Translations under genes and position numbers: made by a program | Origin: Felis catus | Taxonomy: Eukaryota | Length of the DNA: 64,000 nucleotides | Direction of reading: 5' to 3' | Assembly: GCF_018350175.1 (NCBI RefSeq) | Contig: NC_058368.1 | Coordinates: 130,140,001-130,204,000 of the forward strand | The notes under the pieces: model-generated | Seen by the model: only the letters and a program-made list of their open reading frames with translations | The model's database searches: none | Told to the model about the DNA's origin: nothing | Part shown: positions 1 through 11,623 of the stretch, one piece after another | Position numbering within the stretch: position 1 is the first letter of the stretch | Layout of the letters: every line of letters starts with the position of its first letter

Positions 1-471
1 CTTCGAGTTCATTACCCTCACAGCAAATCTGCTTCTGCTAAATACTTTTTGTGTCTCTGCAGGGCCAGCGTTCACAGAACAAATGGATTAATACACTTCT
101 CTGGAGAACAAGCATAAGTCAGGGAATTATAAGTGCAGTGACCCAAGAGAGACGTTTTCTTATTAGGATCTTTTCCTCCACCTGGCATAGGTTCAGTTCA
201 TACCTTACATCCTCTTTCAAACTGGATGAATGCCACAGTTTTGACTGTAAAGAAAACCTAAGGGAAGAGTGAAAATCAAGGTGGTTTAATGAATAACATT
301 TAAAAAAAACTGCACTAGCTCTTAGATTTGTCTTCCCAAACATCATCTGGCCCCATTCTGACATACATCATTTTACCTAGCATGCTTCCTCCCATTATTT
401 TTGACCATATAGTTCTGTTTTTGTCTCAAAGTGTGGTGCAAGGCTGCATGGTTAATTTTTTTTTCATAAAA

Positions 472-678
472 TTTTTTTAATGTTTATTTATTTTTCAGAG
501 TAAGAGAGCCAGAGTGTGAGGGGGGAAGGGGCAGAGTGAGGGAGACACAGAATCCAAAACAGGCTCCAGACTCTGAGCTGTTAGCACAGAGCCTGACGCG
601 GGGCTCGAACACGTGAACTGTGAGATCATGACCTGAGCCAAAGTAGGATGCTTAAAGGTTGAGCCATCCAGGCATTCC
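472..678 (-). mobile_element. Can-SINE (SINEC_Fc-type), inserted in the tail of a truncated SINE
   Basis: Poly-T tail, GA-rich body, gggctcgaac (B-box complement), gagccatccaggc head; flanked by aaaattttttt on both sides. Confidence 0.93.
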
Positions 679-687
679 TTAAAAAAA

Positions 688-771
688 TTTTTTTTAAAAT
701 GTTTGTTTATTTTTGAGAGACAGAGACCAGGTGCGGGTGGGGGACGGGCAGAGGGAGACACAGAATCTGAA
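688..771 (-). mobile_element. 5'-truncated Can-SINE (tail and 3' body only)
   Basis: tttatttttgagagacagag...ggagacacagaatctgaa, then stops. Confidence 0.85.
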
Positions 772-785
772 GGTTGATTAAAAAA

Positions 786-980
786 TTTGTTTTAAACATT
801 TATTTATTTTTGAGAGAGGCAGGGGAGGGGCAGCGAGAGAGGAGGAGAGAGAATCCCAAGGAGGCTCTGTGCTGTGAGTGCAGAACCCAATGCAGGGCTC
901 AAACTCATGAATTGTGAGATCATGACCTGAGCCAAAATCAAGAGTGAGACGCTTAACCAACTGAGCCACCCAGGTGCCCC
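786..980 (-). mobile_element. Can-SINE
   Basis: Ends gagccacccaggtgcccc; TSD tgaaggttgatt at 768-779 and 981-992. Confidence 0.93.
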
Positions 981-1489
981 TGAAGGTTGATTTTAAACCA
1001 GCTATCAAAGAAGACTCTGTCATGCTTTTGCTTTGTGTATCAGTACACAGAGGAATACATTAGTGAACAGGGACTATAAACAAGTTTTGATGTTTTATCT
1101 CATCAGAAAATGGTCACTTGGTTGGGTCAAGTGAGATTTCTGGTACTGCCCAGATCCCAGATTCCATGATTCTGTGAATCCAAGGGGCTATATAAGCCTG
1201 TGGTTCCAGTTTACATATTCAGTTATTGAGAGTTATGGAAAGACTCATTCACTTATGGGGCCATTTGGCTCAGGATTTTAGCTGTACTTGGTCTGGGGTG
1301 CACGAATAGAACATCTCTTCTCTTATTTGAAGGAAAAAGATATTGTCTGCTGTGTTGGGCCTCTGTGACCATGTTGGGGAGGGTTAGAATAACACAGAGC
1401 CCCTCCCTGTGCTCCAGAAGGTAGTTAAACTCAGGTAGCAAAAGAGAGGCAAAGAAAAACCAAGTCTTGGAAGTTTCTGAGAGTGAAAG

Positions 1490-1585
1490 CCCACTGACTG
1501 TTCCCTCGGGGTGTGATATGAAGTAAGTCACTAATCTTCAAGGCTCAATGTGTAATGGGAGTTGTTGTGAGAAGTAAGTAAATAC
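1490..1585 (+). mobile_element. MIR fragment
   Basis: tgtgatatgaagtaagtcactaatct...gttgttgtgag resembles the MIR core; highly diverged. Confidence 0.4.
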
Positions 1586-1749
1586 AAGGGAGGGGATGAG
1601 AAGATACTAGTCCAAGCTCATGTTTATTCTTTTACATTTCAGTTTGGACATGAGGAAGATAAACTGAAAGTTGGTGGGGATGTTGGATTAAAGTTATGTG
1701 TACATACATCGGTATATATATAAATATATGAATATGTGTGTATATATGG

Positions 1750-1751
<2 letters not shown>

Positions 1752-1790
<39 letters not shown>
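1752..1790. repeat. (CA)n microsatellite
   Basis: About 19 perfect AC units preceded by TA/TG-rich sequence. Confidence 0.98.
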
Positions 1791-1795
<5 letters not shown>

Positions 1796-3179
1796 GGAGT
1801 TATCTGTGGGCCCCAAGTGATTCTACAGTGTCAAGAAGAACAATTCAATGAATGCCCCCTTACAGTCTTTTCTCTGTGACCCTGAGAATAGAGAATATTG
1901 ACAGCATCTGACTGTGAAAGTACCTTTCACTTTCTGGTGCCACCAGAAATGCTGGATTTTTTGGATATAGATTTGGGACCCTGAACATCTCTCCTGTGTT
2001 TTGAAGGTGTTCTTTGTGCCTCATAAGCTAGGTGCCTCCAGAGCCTGATGGTTTCCCAAGTCTTAAGAGATTTTAGTTCAACTTTGATTTCCCCAAGCCA
2101 ACACAAGCACTGGAGGAACCTGGATCTCTTAGGTTACTTCTTTTTTATCCTGACCTTGAAATTGTTTTTTTTAATCATATTTAAGTATGCACATCAGTTA
2201 CCTGAAATCACTGAAAAGGTTTCCTTGAGAATTTTGAGATTTGACATTGACAACTGTGTTCTGATTTAACACATTCCCTTTCATTTCACAGAAAAGACCC
2301 TGTCAAATTTTGTTCTAGTAGATTGTTTGAATATAGTTGCCTGACAGCATTTAACATTTTTTTTTTGCATTTTTCTCTTTGGGGAAAAGTACTTTTGTTA
2401 CACAGCAGAAGGACTTGATTTTAATGTTGTCATCTCTTTTGAAAATTACTTTAAATTCGAATATATTCTCCCTTTTATATTCCTGTAATTTCTGGCTATG
2501 ATTTACAGGAAATGATTTGTTTTGTGTTGGAACAAGGTTTTCAAAGGTAATTAAAAGACCTCTCCAGATAGGGAGATCAGCAGCAAGATTAACAAATTAT
2601 GTAACTTCTTTAAGTTTTATAATATTTACAGCAAAGCACATGTGTTTCATAGGGTGATAGAACAACCTTTTGTGTTTACTTGGCCTGGGAAATAGGGAAG
2701 TTAGTGGATAATGACTTATATTCTAACACTGAGAGAGATGAGACATTTCTATTGAAATAGGCTTGGATCAAATTCTTCCATTAGAACCTTTTTAGTCTTA
2801 TTTCTTAGTGTTCCACATGGCTTTTATAATTAGTTTCAAACTTAATCCTATGAAATTTGGCTGGGAAGAGAAAGAAGGACTTATGTGAAAATTCACATTT
2901 GCAAATGGATGAGTGTTAAGCTCTTTAGCACAGACTTTTGATAGCATATTAAGTCAGGGATGTCCAAATGAAGAAATAAAGGGGTTTATAGCCCTGTTAT
3001 AGCCATGTAATTATAGTAGCTTTTCCTTCAGAGGTAGGCTGATAATCTGGGGGCTAGGAGGTTGTCCTTAAGAATAGGGTAAATGTCTATGGGTCCATAC
3101 TGAACTACGTTCATTGTATTGTATAAAAATTCTTAATGGACTATACCATAAGAAGAGGTAGCCTATAACAGGTAAAGGA

Positions 3180-3695
3180 TGAATAGTCTTAATATATGCA
3201 TAAAGAGTTCTTACCCATCAATAAAACAGAGATGAATTCTCCATTAAAAAATGATGGCCTGATGGATGTCATTATTTGATATATAAAAGAAGAAAGATAC
3301 ATGGTTAATAAGTCTATTGAAAAATAGTCAATTTTATTAATAAACAACAAATCAAAATGAAAACAAAGTAAGATGTTACTTTATTAGGTATGAAGAGATC
3401 AGAATGAAAATATCCCATGTTAGTGAAAGTAGGGAGAACCAAACATTTGTTACAGGGGTGCAAGCAATTCCTGTAAGCTTCCTAGAGGGCAGTGTGAGGT
3501 GCCTATAAGAAAATATTTCTAAGAGTGTATAGTAGTCTAATTCACCAATCCCAATTCTAGATTAAACTCAAATGATAAGACGTCTGAGGGTGTTAATAGT
3601 GGCTTTAGAAACAACTAATTTCTCTTAAGGTATTAGTTAAATGTATTGTAGAACACTGATAGAATTGAATATGCAGCCATTAAAAACAGTGGGGT
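3180..3695 (+). mobile_element. Ancient L1M (L1ME-like) ORF2 3' remnant
   Basis: A-rich with degenerate L1 landmarks (caatcccaattctag, atatgcagccattaaaaa). Confidence 0.5.
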
Positions 3696-3703
3696 GTGTC
3701 TTC

Positions 3704-4132
3704 TGCTAGGAACAGGTTCTCCATGAGTCTCTTGCACTTGACCATGTTTTGAGAGCAGAAGCACCATCTGACTTTGTTCCAGAGACTATCTTTTCAAGTA
3801 TGTTTGTGTAAGAAACAGCCTTGGAAAATAGAAATCTCTTCTTTGAGGGTAAAGAACAGATGTGCCCAGTATAAAAGACTCACATTCTTAAAGCTCAAGG
3901 TTATTCTCTTGTAATACAACCCGGGATGTGTGCAAGTATCATGTAGCTCTCTTTACAGTGCTTTGTGGGATTAGGGGAACTAGTATAAGAAAATGCTGAC
4001 CATCTAGCTGTTGCCATTTTTGTGAGTAATAGTCTTACCTCTGACCCAGGAATTTTGTGTCTTTATGAAATTGTGCCATGTGAACTTGTTAGGTTATAGT
4101 GTAAAATGTCAGACCCTTCATAGTTCTTGACT
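3704..4132 (+). mobile_element. Solo ERV LTR (family not assigned)
   Basis: Starts TG, TATAAAA at 3870-3876; ctatcttttcaag..aacagccttggaa and gacccttcatagttcttgac resemble old mammalian ERV LTRs; interrupts an L1M relic. Confidence 0.55.
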
Positions 4133-4160
4133 TACCTTTTCCCTAGTGAAAACTTGCCTG

Positions 4161-4988
4161 ATTTAATTTTTGCAATGTTTTTATTATTTTTCTTAGCTCT
4201 GTTTATGTTCAATTTTAATTCCAGTATAGTTACTATACAATATTAGTGTTACGTTAGTTTCAGGTGTACAACATAGTGATTCAACAATTTTGTACTTTAT
4301 TCGGTGCTCATCATGATAGTATACTCCTAATCCCCTTCACCTATCTCAACCATCCCCCCAACTATCTCCCCTTTGGTAACCACCAGTTTGTTCTCTACAG
4401 CTAAGGGTCTGTTTTTTGGTTTATATCCCCCAACTTTTGTTCATTTGTTTTGTTTCTTAGACTCCACGTGTGAGTGAAATCATACGGTATTTATCTTTTT
4501 CTTACTGACTTATTTTGCTTAAGCATTATACTCTCTAGCTCCATCCATGTTGTTGCAAATGGCGAGATTTTATTCTTTTTTTATGGCTGATAATATTGAA
4601 TCACGTATGTATATATACCACCTCTTCTTTATTCATCTATCGATGGACACTTGGGCTCCTTGCATTGTTTATTGTGAATAATGCTTTAATAAACATACGG
4701 GTGCATGTATCCTTTCAAATTAGTGTTTTCTTATTCCATAAGTAAATACCCAGTGGTGTGTTACTGGATGGTATGGTAATTCTGTTTTCAATTTTTTGAG
4801 GAAACTCCATACTGTTTCCCACAGTGGCTGCACCACTTTGCATTCCCACCAAGAGTACACGAAGGTTCCTTTTTCCCACATCCTCGCCAACTTTTATTAT
4901 TTCACTTGTTGGTTTTGTGTTTTTGCTTTTAGCCATTCTGACAGGTGTGAAGTGATATCTCATTGTGGTTTTAATTTCTATTTCCCTG
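4161..4988 (-). mobile_element. Carnivore L1, 3' end (ORF2 C-terminus plus 3'UTR)
   Basis: T-rich tail; ORF 4715-5065 contains IKTTMRYHFTPVRMA typical of L1 ORF2. Confidence 0.9.
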
Positions 4989-5499
4989 TTTTTACCAGTG
5001 CTTTTAAAAAATTTAAAGTAATATATAATGAGGGGTATAAAGATGAAAAAATAAAAAATTACCAAGACCTCTTTCTAGAAGTACATATTATTCTGTAACT
5101 TGTTTCGTCATGAATTCATGAAGAAAAAATTTCTTTAATGGTACACATCACTCACAGTAACTCTATGCTTTAAGTTAAACTTCTCAAAAGATGAAATTTT
5201 CATTAAATACTGAGAAATCTCTTATAATAAGTCTTTAATGGCTATGATTCCTTTGTACGGAGGTTTATAATTTATTTAACCAGACTCCCATTGATGCTTC
5301 CAGTTTTGTTTTTACTAATATCAACAAAGCTACAGTAAATCTTCTTGTATAGATACTTTGGTGGATGGATAGGCTATTCCTGGAAATGAAAATTAAAACA
5401 TTTTTACCCAGTGTTGAAGTGTTGTGATGCAGTGATCGGTTGGGAGCCACAGGCTCATTTCACAATACTAGGTCTAAAATGTTTCTGAAGAACAAAACA

Positions 5500-5710
5500 G
5501 AACAAAAACTTGTAAGTGTGTGTAGTGTGTCTCGTCTGAATATCCGAATTAAGAAAAGTCTGAAGGGAAGTTACTAAAATGTTAGCAATGGTTAATTCTG
5601 GACTGTGGGATTAGTGTTGACCTCTATTTTCTCATTATAGTTTTTCATATTTTCTGATTTGTTTTTTACAGTGAGCATGAATTAGTCTTTTAAACAGAAG
5701 GGAAATAAAA
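5500..5710 (+). mobile_element. Ancient L1ME-type 3' end fragment
   Basis: aaaatgttagcaatggttaattctgg...ttttttacagtgagcatg; probably continues the 3180-3695 relic. Confidence 0.45.
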
Positions 5711-5717
5711 CTACTAA

Positions 5718-6325
5718 TTTTTTTAAATTCTTAAATATGCGGAATGACTTTATTTTATTTTTTTTCAATCTATGAAACTTATTGTCAAATTGGTTTCCTT
5801 CCATACAGTGCTCATCCCAAAAGGTGCCCTCCTCAATACCCATCACTCACCCTCCCCTCCCTCCCACCCCCCATCAACCCTCAGTTTGTTCTCAGTTTTT
5901 AAGAGTCTCTTATGCTTTGGCTCTCTCCCACTCTAACCTCTTTTTTTTTTTTTTTTCCTTCACCTCCCCCATGGGTTTCTGTTCAGTTTCTCAGGATCCA
6001 CATAAGAGTGAAACCATATGGTATCTGTCTTTCTCTGTATGACTTATTTCACTTAGCATAATACTCTCCAGTTCCAACCACATTGCTACAAAAGGCCGTA
6101 TTTCATTCTTTCTCATTGCCAAGTTGTATTCCACTGTATATATATATGACCCAGCAATAGCACTGCTAGGAATTTATCCAAGGGATACAGGAGTGCTGAT
6201 GCATAGGGGCACTTGTACCCCAATGTTTATAGCAACACTTTTAACAATAGCCAAATGATGGAAAGAGCCTAAATGTCCATTAACTGATGAATGGATAAAG
6301 AAATTGTGGCTTATATATACAATGG
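5718..6325 (-). mobile_element. Cat L1 (L1_Fc-like), 5'-truncated, with inverted 5' segment and short 3' tag
   Basis: Minus-strand 3' end 5749-6144, plus-strand ORF2 piece 6145-6325, TSD aaaactactaa at 5707-5717 and 6326-6336. Confidence 0.92.
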
Positions 6326-6473
6326 AAAACTACTAAAATTAAGGGATAAGAGACAAAAAGGAATAGGCTGAAAAAACGGGATATAGACATAAGACATCCA
6401 AAAATATGAATTAAAAATTTTGTGATAAAGACATTTAAATAAATTTATAGTTTTAATTAGAATAGTTTGGTGT

Positions 6474-6644
6474 GGGCCACTTGGGTGGTTCAGTCACTTT
6501 AGTGTCTGACCTCAGTCCAGGTCATGATCTTGTGATTCGTGAGTTTAAACCCTGTGTCGGTCTCTGTGCTGACAGCTCAGAGACTGGAGTATGCTTCTGA
6601 TTTTGTGTCTCCCTCTCTCTTTGCTCCTTGTCCTGCTCACACGT

Positions 6645-6679
<35 letters not shown>

Positions 6680-6710
6680 AATAAGAATAAACATTTAAAA
6701 AAGTTTTCTA
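6474..6710 (+). mobile_element. Can-SINE
   Basis: tRNA-like head, (CT)n, aataaa tail; TSD agaata(g/c)tttggtg. Confidence 0.93.
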
Positions 6711-7921
6711 AGAATACTTTGGTGCAAACTTAACATTTCTTGAGTCCACAAGAAAGAAATGCTTCACAGTACAGCAGATGTGGGCCTTTGTAATAAATAG
6801 ACATTTATTTTTTTATTTATTCCCCATGCTTAGATTTTTCTTCCCTATGTTTATTAATCAATTTTATTTCCTGAGTAATTACTCTGTGCCTAGTCCTACT
6901 TTAGATGCTGTATCAGATGTAAAATTAGGAATATGCTTTACATACTATAACAACAACATGCTTTATAGTGGTTATTTGCTAGGAATTTCTCTCAGTTTGT
7001 GGTTAATTGAGGGCTTTATTTCTCTCCAGTTTTATTGTCTTATGAATCATTTTATTGCTCATTAGTCCATGTGCTAGGAATGTGTGGATATGGGAAAGGA
7101 TGCACACATAAAAGTAAGAGTCATTAATTTAGTCACATACTGATCGAAGGAGTGTCTTGCAGAGAAGTTACAGTGAGTCCCATGATATGTTAGCTGCATA
7201 TTTTTGTAAAGAACGTGTACGTGTGCATTAGATGATTTATGGATTAACAGATAGCTAGTGGCTTACATACAATTTCCCTTAGCTAGCAGTTCACACAAAA
7301 ATGCTAAAGCCTGTAGTGACAGGACACATTTTCCACACATTCTCTGGTTAGTGGTCACTGGATTTAGACTGTCACACAGCCTGTGCAGCTGAGAGCTAGT
7401 CCCTATCAATACTCCTTTCTTTGGGGATCCCTCTTCCCACCAGTAAAAACAGCTGTCCTGATTCTAAAAGATGCCGTCAGGCACCTGATATTTCCTTGGT
7501 CCTGCGTCCCTTGTGTGATTCTTTGACTTCTTTTGTAACATCTCTGACCTAGTAGCCTGCAAAGAATATATCCTTTCAGCTCAGAGAAATTCTTTGTAGG
7601 CCAAGAAGCATTCTAATTTATTTAAGGGGAGACTTTCATTTCATGCTGAGGGAAGAAAGTTAACTTTTAAGTTTGGGGCGAGACTTGAAGTCCTGACATT
7701 AAGCTTGACAGAGTATTTGGTGCCGTTTGGTCATGTTTTGGTCTCCTAAAAGCCTCTGGCCGACTTAAAAAATAAATCATGATAGACACATTATTAAATT
7801 TTATGAAGTATGAATGTGCTTATTGGTCCAGGATAACAAAATGCTTTAAGTTTCTTCATGGGCCATCGCTTTTACTTGAGGCCACGCATACATTTCAAAT
7901 ACCGCTGACGATGTAAAGGGT

Positions 7922-7977
7922 GATTATGATCTGAGCTGAAGTCAGACGCTCAACCTACTGAGCCACCCAGGTGCCCC
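7922..7977 (-). mobile_element. Head-only Can-SINE fragment
   Basis: atgatctgagctgaagtcagacgctcaacctactgagccacccaggtgcccc; no body or tail. Confidence 0.85.
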
Positions 7978-8750
7978 AACACTTCGGTGGTATTATGGAG
8001 AGCATTAGCTCCTATGAAAACTTTTGGTCAGTGTTTAATTAAAACCACTTCTGACCGTATATAGGCTGTGGTCTATGAAAATGATGATAAAAATGTTGGT
8101 TTTTATCCACATTTTAAAAAAAGTAACTCCAATTCAACGCTAATTTTTTCTAAAAGAGAGCAATGACTTCCTAATTTTTTAAATATTGATTATGCACAAG
8201 GTAACATAGGTTCTTATTTTATGAAGTTTCTGACAAAATGGCAAGGGATTCTTTGTGGTAGTTAGTAATTGAGCAACCCTAGTTCTTGAGCTGCCTGACC
8301 CTGATTTAGGGACCCAGATCCTTTGAGACTTTCTTTCTAAAATAAAATTAATACCACAGATGTGATTAAGTAAGGTAATGCCACAAAAGCAGACTTACAC
8401 CTATACATATATAAAATTTGACCGCTGTTATTATTTCCATTGATATTTATGTAGCACCTGCTAATTGCTTATAATGTTCTAAGATCCATGGGAATGGACA
8501 TAGAATCTTTAGGTATCAAATCATTTTACAAAGAACCTTAATATGGCTTCTCTAGCCACTGGAAACAGCATAGATTAGGAATCCCTGGGGCCTAGAAATT
8601 TGATATTGTTAAAGAAGCAGCCCCATTTTATTTCTTTTTCTTCTTTTCTGGATTTTGTTTGTTTTTTGTTCTCTCTTATTTGCGTAAAAAAATACCTCTT
8701 ACTCATAAACCTTCTTTATCAAGGCTGGGCATGTGGCCAGGTAACTTTAT

Positions 8751-9190
8751 GTTAAGACCTTCTGACTAAAGACCATTGGAAGTATACCTGTGATCAAAAA
8801 AAGTTAAATCTAATGGTTTATTTCAGTAGGGAATCATGCCCACTATGCGTGCCGCTGGGTGTCTCAAAAGGGATTTAGGGAGGGATGCTTACAGGGTTTG
8901 GGAAACTAGAGTTAGCCACACAGTGGTCTTGGTGGGGATTGGTTAGAGTTGGTAAACTAGGTGAATCTCTGGTCTTGGAATGTGTGGTCTGAATGAGCTG
9001 CTATTAAAGAGTCTGAGTTTAAATTGTTGGTCTTGGCATATCGTAGTCTTTTCAGTTGATTTATTTCATGATCGCGGTACAGTTTTGCAGGATGTGAGTT
9101 CTGTTTCAGTTCTCACTAACCCTCTACTAGTCTTCGTTCAGCCTAAGCTGAAGGAGAGGCCATGAGTTTTGGGACATGATTAACCCAGAT
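8751..9190 (-). mobile_element. Possible old ERV1-type solo LTR
   Basis: tgttaagaccttctgactaaagaccatt...gggtttggg...gattggttag resembles antisense ERV1 LTR relics; recognised from memory only. Confidence 0.35.
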
Positions 9191-9544
9191 CTGCACTGTC
9201 ATCCTAAGCCTGCTGATCACAAGTGTGGTCAGCGAATGTTATCGACAGTTAGAGTTAGCCCCTCATGTTTCTTTAGGTGCAGGATAAGCTGCTGAATCAC
9301 CTTTTATGGCATTTGACTGCACAACAGCATTAAATACTCTGGAGGCGACATACTTGGCACCTAAAAGTAGGCAAAACTAGGACAAGAATTAGTATTAAAG
9401 TTCAAAGTGTGTCTGTATGTTCTATAAGGTTTGGGTATTTCCTTAAGTTGTTTATGGATTGTGCAGCTTTGTCACCGTCTGAATAATTACTGATTTGTGA
9501 GGGGTAAGGTTCTTGAAATTCCCATGATTACAAATGGAGCTCTC

Positions 9545-9972
9545 CCTAAATGTCCATCAGCTGACAAATCGATAAAGAAGATGTGGTTTATATATACAAT
9601 GGAATACTACTTGGCAGTGAGAAAGAATGAAATCTGGCCATTTGTAGCAACGTGGATGGAACCGGAGGGTATTATGCTAAGTGAAATAAGTCAGGGAGAA
9701 AGACAGATACCATGTATGGTATCACATATATCATATGTGGATCCTGAGAAATTTAATGGAGGACCATGGGGGGAGGGGAAGGGGAAAAAAGTTACAGAGA
9801 GGGAGGGAGGCAAGCCAAAAGAAACTCTTGAATGCTGAGAACAAACTGAGGGTTGATGGGGGGTGGGGTCGAGGGGAAAGTGGGTGATGGGCATTGAGGT
9901 AGGCACCTGTTGGGATGAGCACTGGGTGTTGTATGGAAACCGATTTGATAATAAATTTTATTTAATATGAAA
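9545..9972 (+). mobile_element. Cat L1 3' end, 5'-truncated
   Basis: PKCPS..IKKMWFIYTMEYY peptide, G-rich 3'UTR, aataaa; perfect TSD aaatggagctctc at 9532-9544 and 9973-9985. Confidence 0.95.
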
Positions 9973-11623
9973 AAATGGAGCTCTCTTGCTAACAATTTGT
10001 AATGCTGAACCAGCTGAGAGGCAAGATAATAAGAAAGCCATGCAAAGCGTTGTATGGCAATCAGTGTTTTCTGCCTCTGAAGAGGTGAGGTTTGGGAGGT
10101 ATTGGATGAGGCCATCTGCCTCAAATAACTTCAGTTTTCGGACTGAGAAGCTCTGGAAATCATCAGTCAGTCCCAGTTGACTTTCTATGCTCATAACAGT
10201 GGTACCTGCCAGTTACTTCTCTGTAGTAACACTAGTCCAGGATGCCTGCTACACCTTTTTTACTAAGGTTCTTTCAGTGTTTCTTCTAGAAACTTTGGTT
10301 CCTTAATTTAAGCTTATGCAGGTGAACTTATTACTGAGCTACATGAGGCACATACCGAGTCAGTAGGTGGCGTCCAGGGCATTCAGTACTTTTTTTGATT
10401 TTCACACATGTATTGTACCTATCACTGCAGCATCCTTGCCATCGCCTCCAACCCAGAAGTCCCCAATCAGAGCCAGCGATATTTTATTTGTAGACAATCA
10501 ACTTGAATCTATAAATTATTATTGGCAAAGGATTATAATTTTGACTCCATAACATTAACAAAAGGAAACCCAGACATTCTTGATAAGTAGTTTTTGGTTT
10601 TGTTTTGTTCCTGGAAGTCCGTAGAACAGCAGTTGTATGTGGTTATGTTAGTCTCAAGATACTTAATTTGCTGACCTTATTATTTCAGGAAAGATTTTGT
10701 ATGGATTATATTTGTGGGAAGGTAAAATAATGGTTTGAGATTTTCATCAAATATGGAGAGTAGTTATTTATGAAAAACAAAGAAATGTCTATTTCTGTTT
10801 CTTTGTTCCCAATTAATGTAGATAAATTTTAAAATGCATTAAAGCAATGGTAAAGAAAATAAAAACAAACAAAATGATGATACGATTACATGACTCTCAT
10901 TAAATTTTTATAATAAGAATATTGGTGTGGGGAGGAGTGGAATTCTAATGGAGCAATAATCCATAATTAGTATTTACCTAGTAAGTAATATATAATCAGC
11001 CATTGATTTTCCCAGATTTAGTACATGTTATGGACTGTGAAGATCTTGATCAATCTCCAGGCCTTCGCTTTATCCCCAAAAGTATACTATGAGTGTTGCC
11101 AGTGGACAAGCTGGTTTTCACATAGAGGCAAAAATATTTTGTATGAAGTTATTGTATCAGCCTTTTATATAAGCATGAGGATGTTTCTATCTGAAAAATA
11201 GATTTTAACTCATTTCACCTGCATATAACTCATCTTGGAAGGCTGAACTTTTAATTGACATTCTGAAAATAAATTGATAGAAGAGAATATCTCAGGACAA
11301 CTTATCACCTGCTTGGAACACCGTGTAGATACTGACTAGATAGGCTTAGAAGAAGAATCTAACTTTTAGCTCATGCAGTTTCTTGGCATTTTGTAATTAA
11401 TAAGGAATCCAGTTATACCCAAGCTTTATAAGCTTCATATCCATGTTACTTTTGTTTTGTTTTGTTTTTAGAAAGAGAGAGAGAGCACAAGAGAGGAAGA
11501 AATAGTGGAAGAGGAAGAGAGAATCTTAAGCAGGTTTCACACCCAGCACAGTGCTCTGTGTGTGTGTGTGTGGGGGGGGGGGTGTGTGTGGGGTGACCTG
11601 GGGCCCCATGACCCTGAGATCAT

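Noticed and set aside
46..272. Acceptor-like tttttgtgtctctgcag followed by an open frame
   Set aside because: No convincing donor and no recognisable peptide
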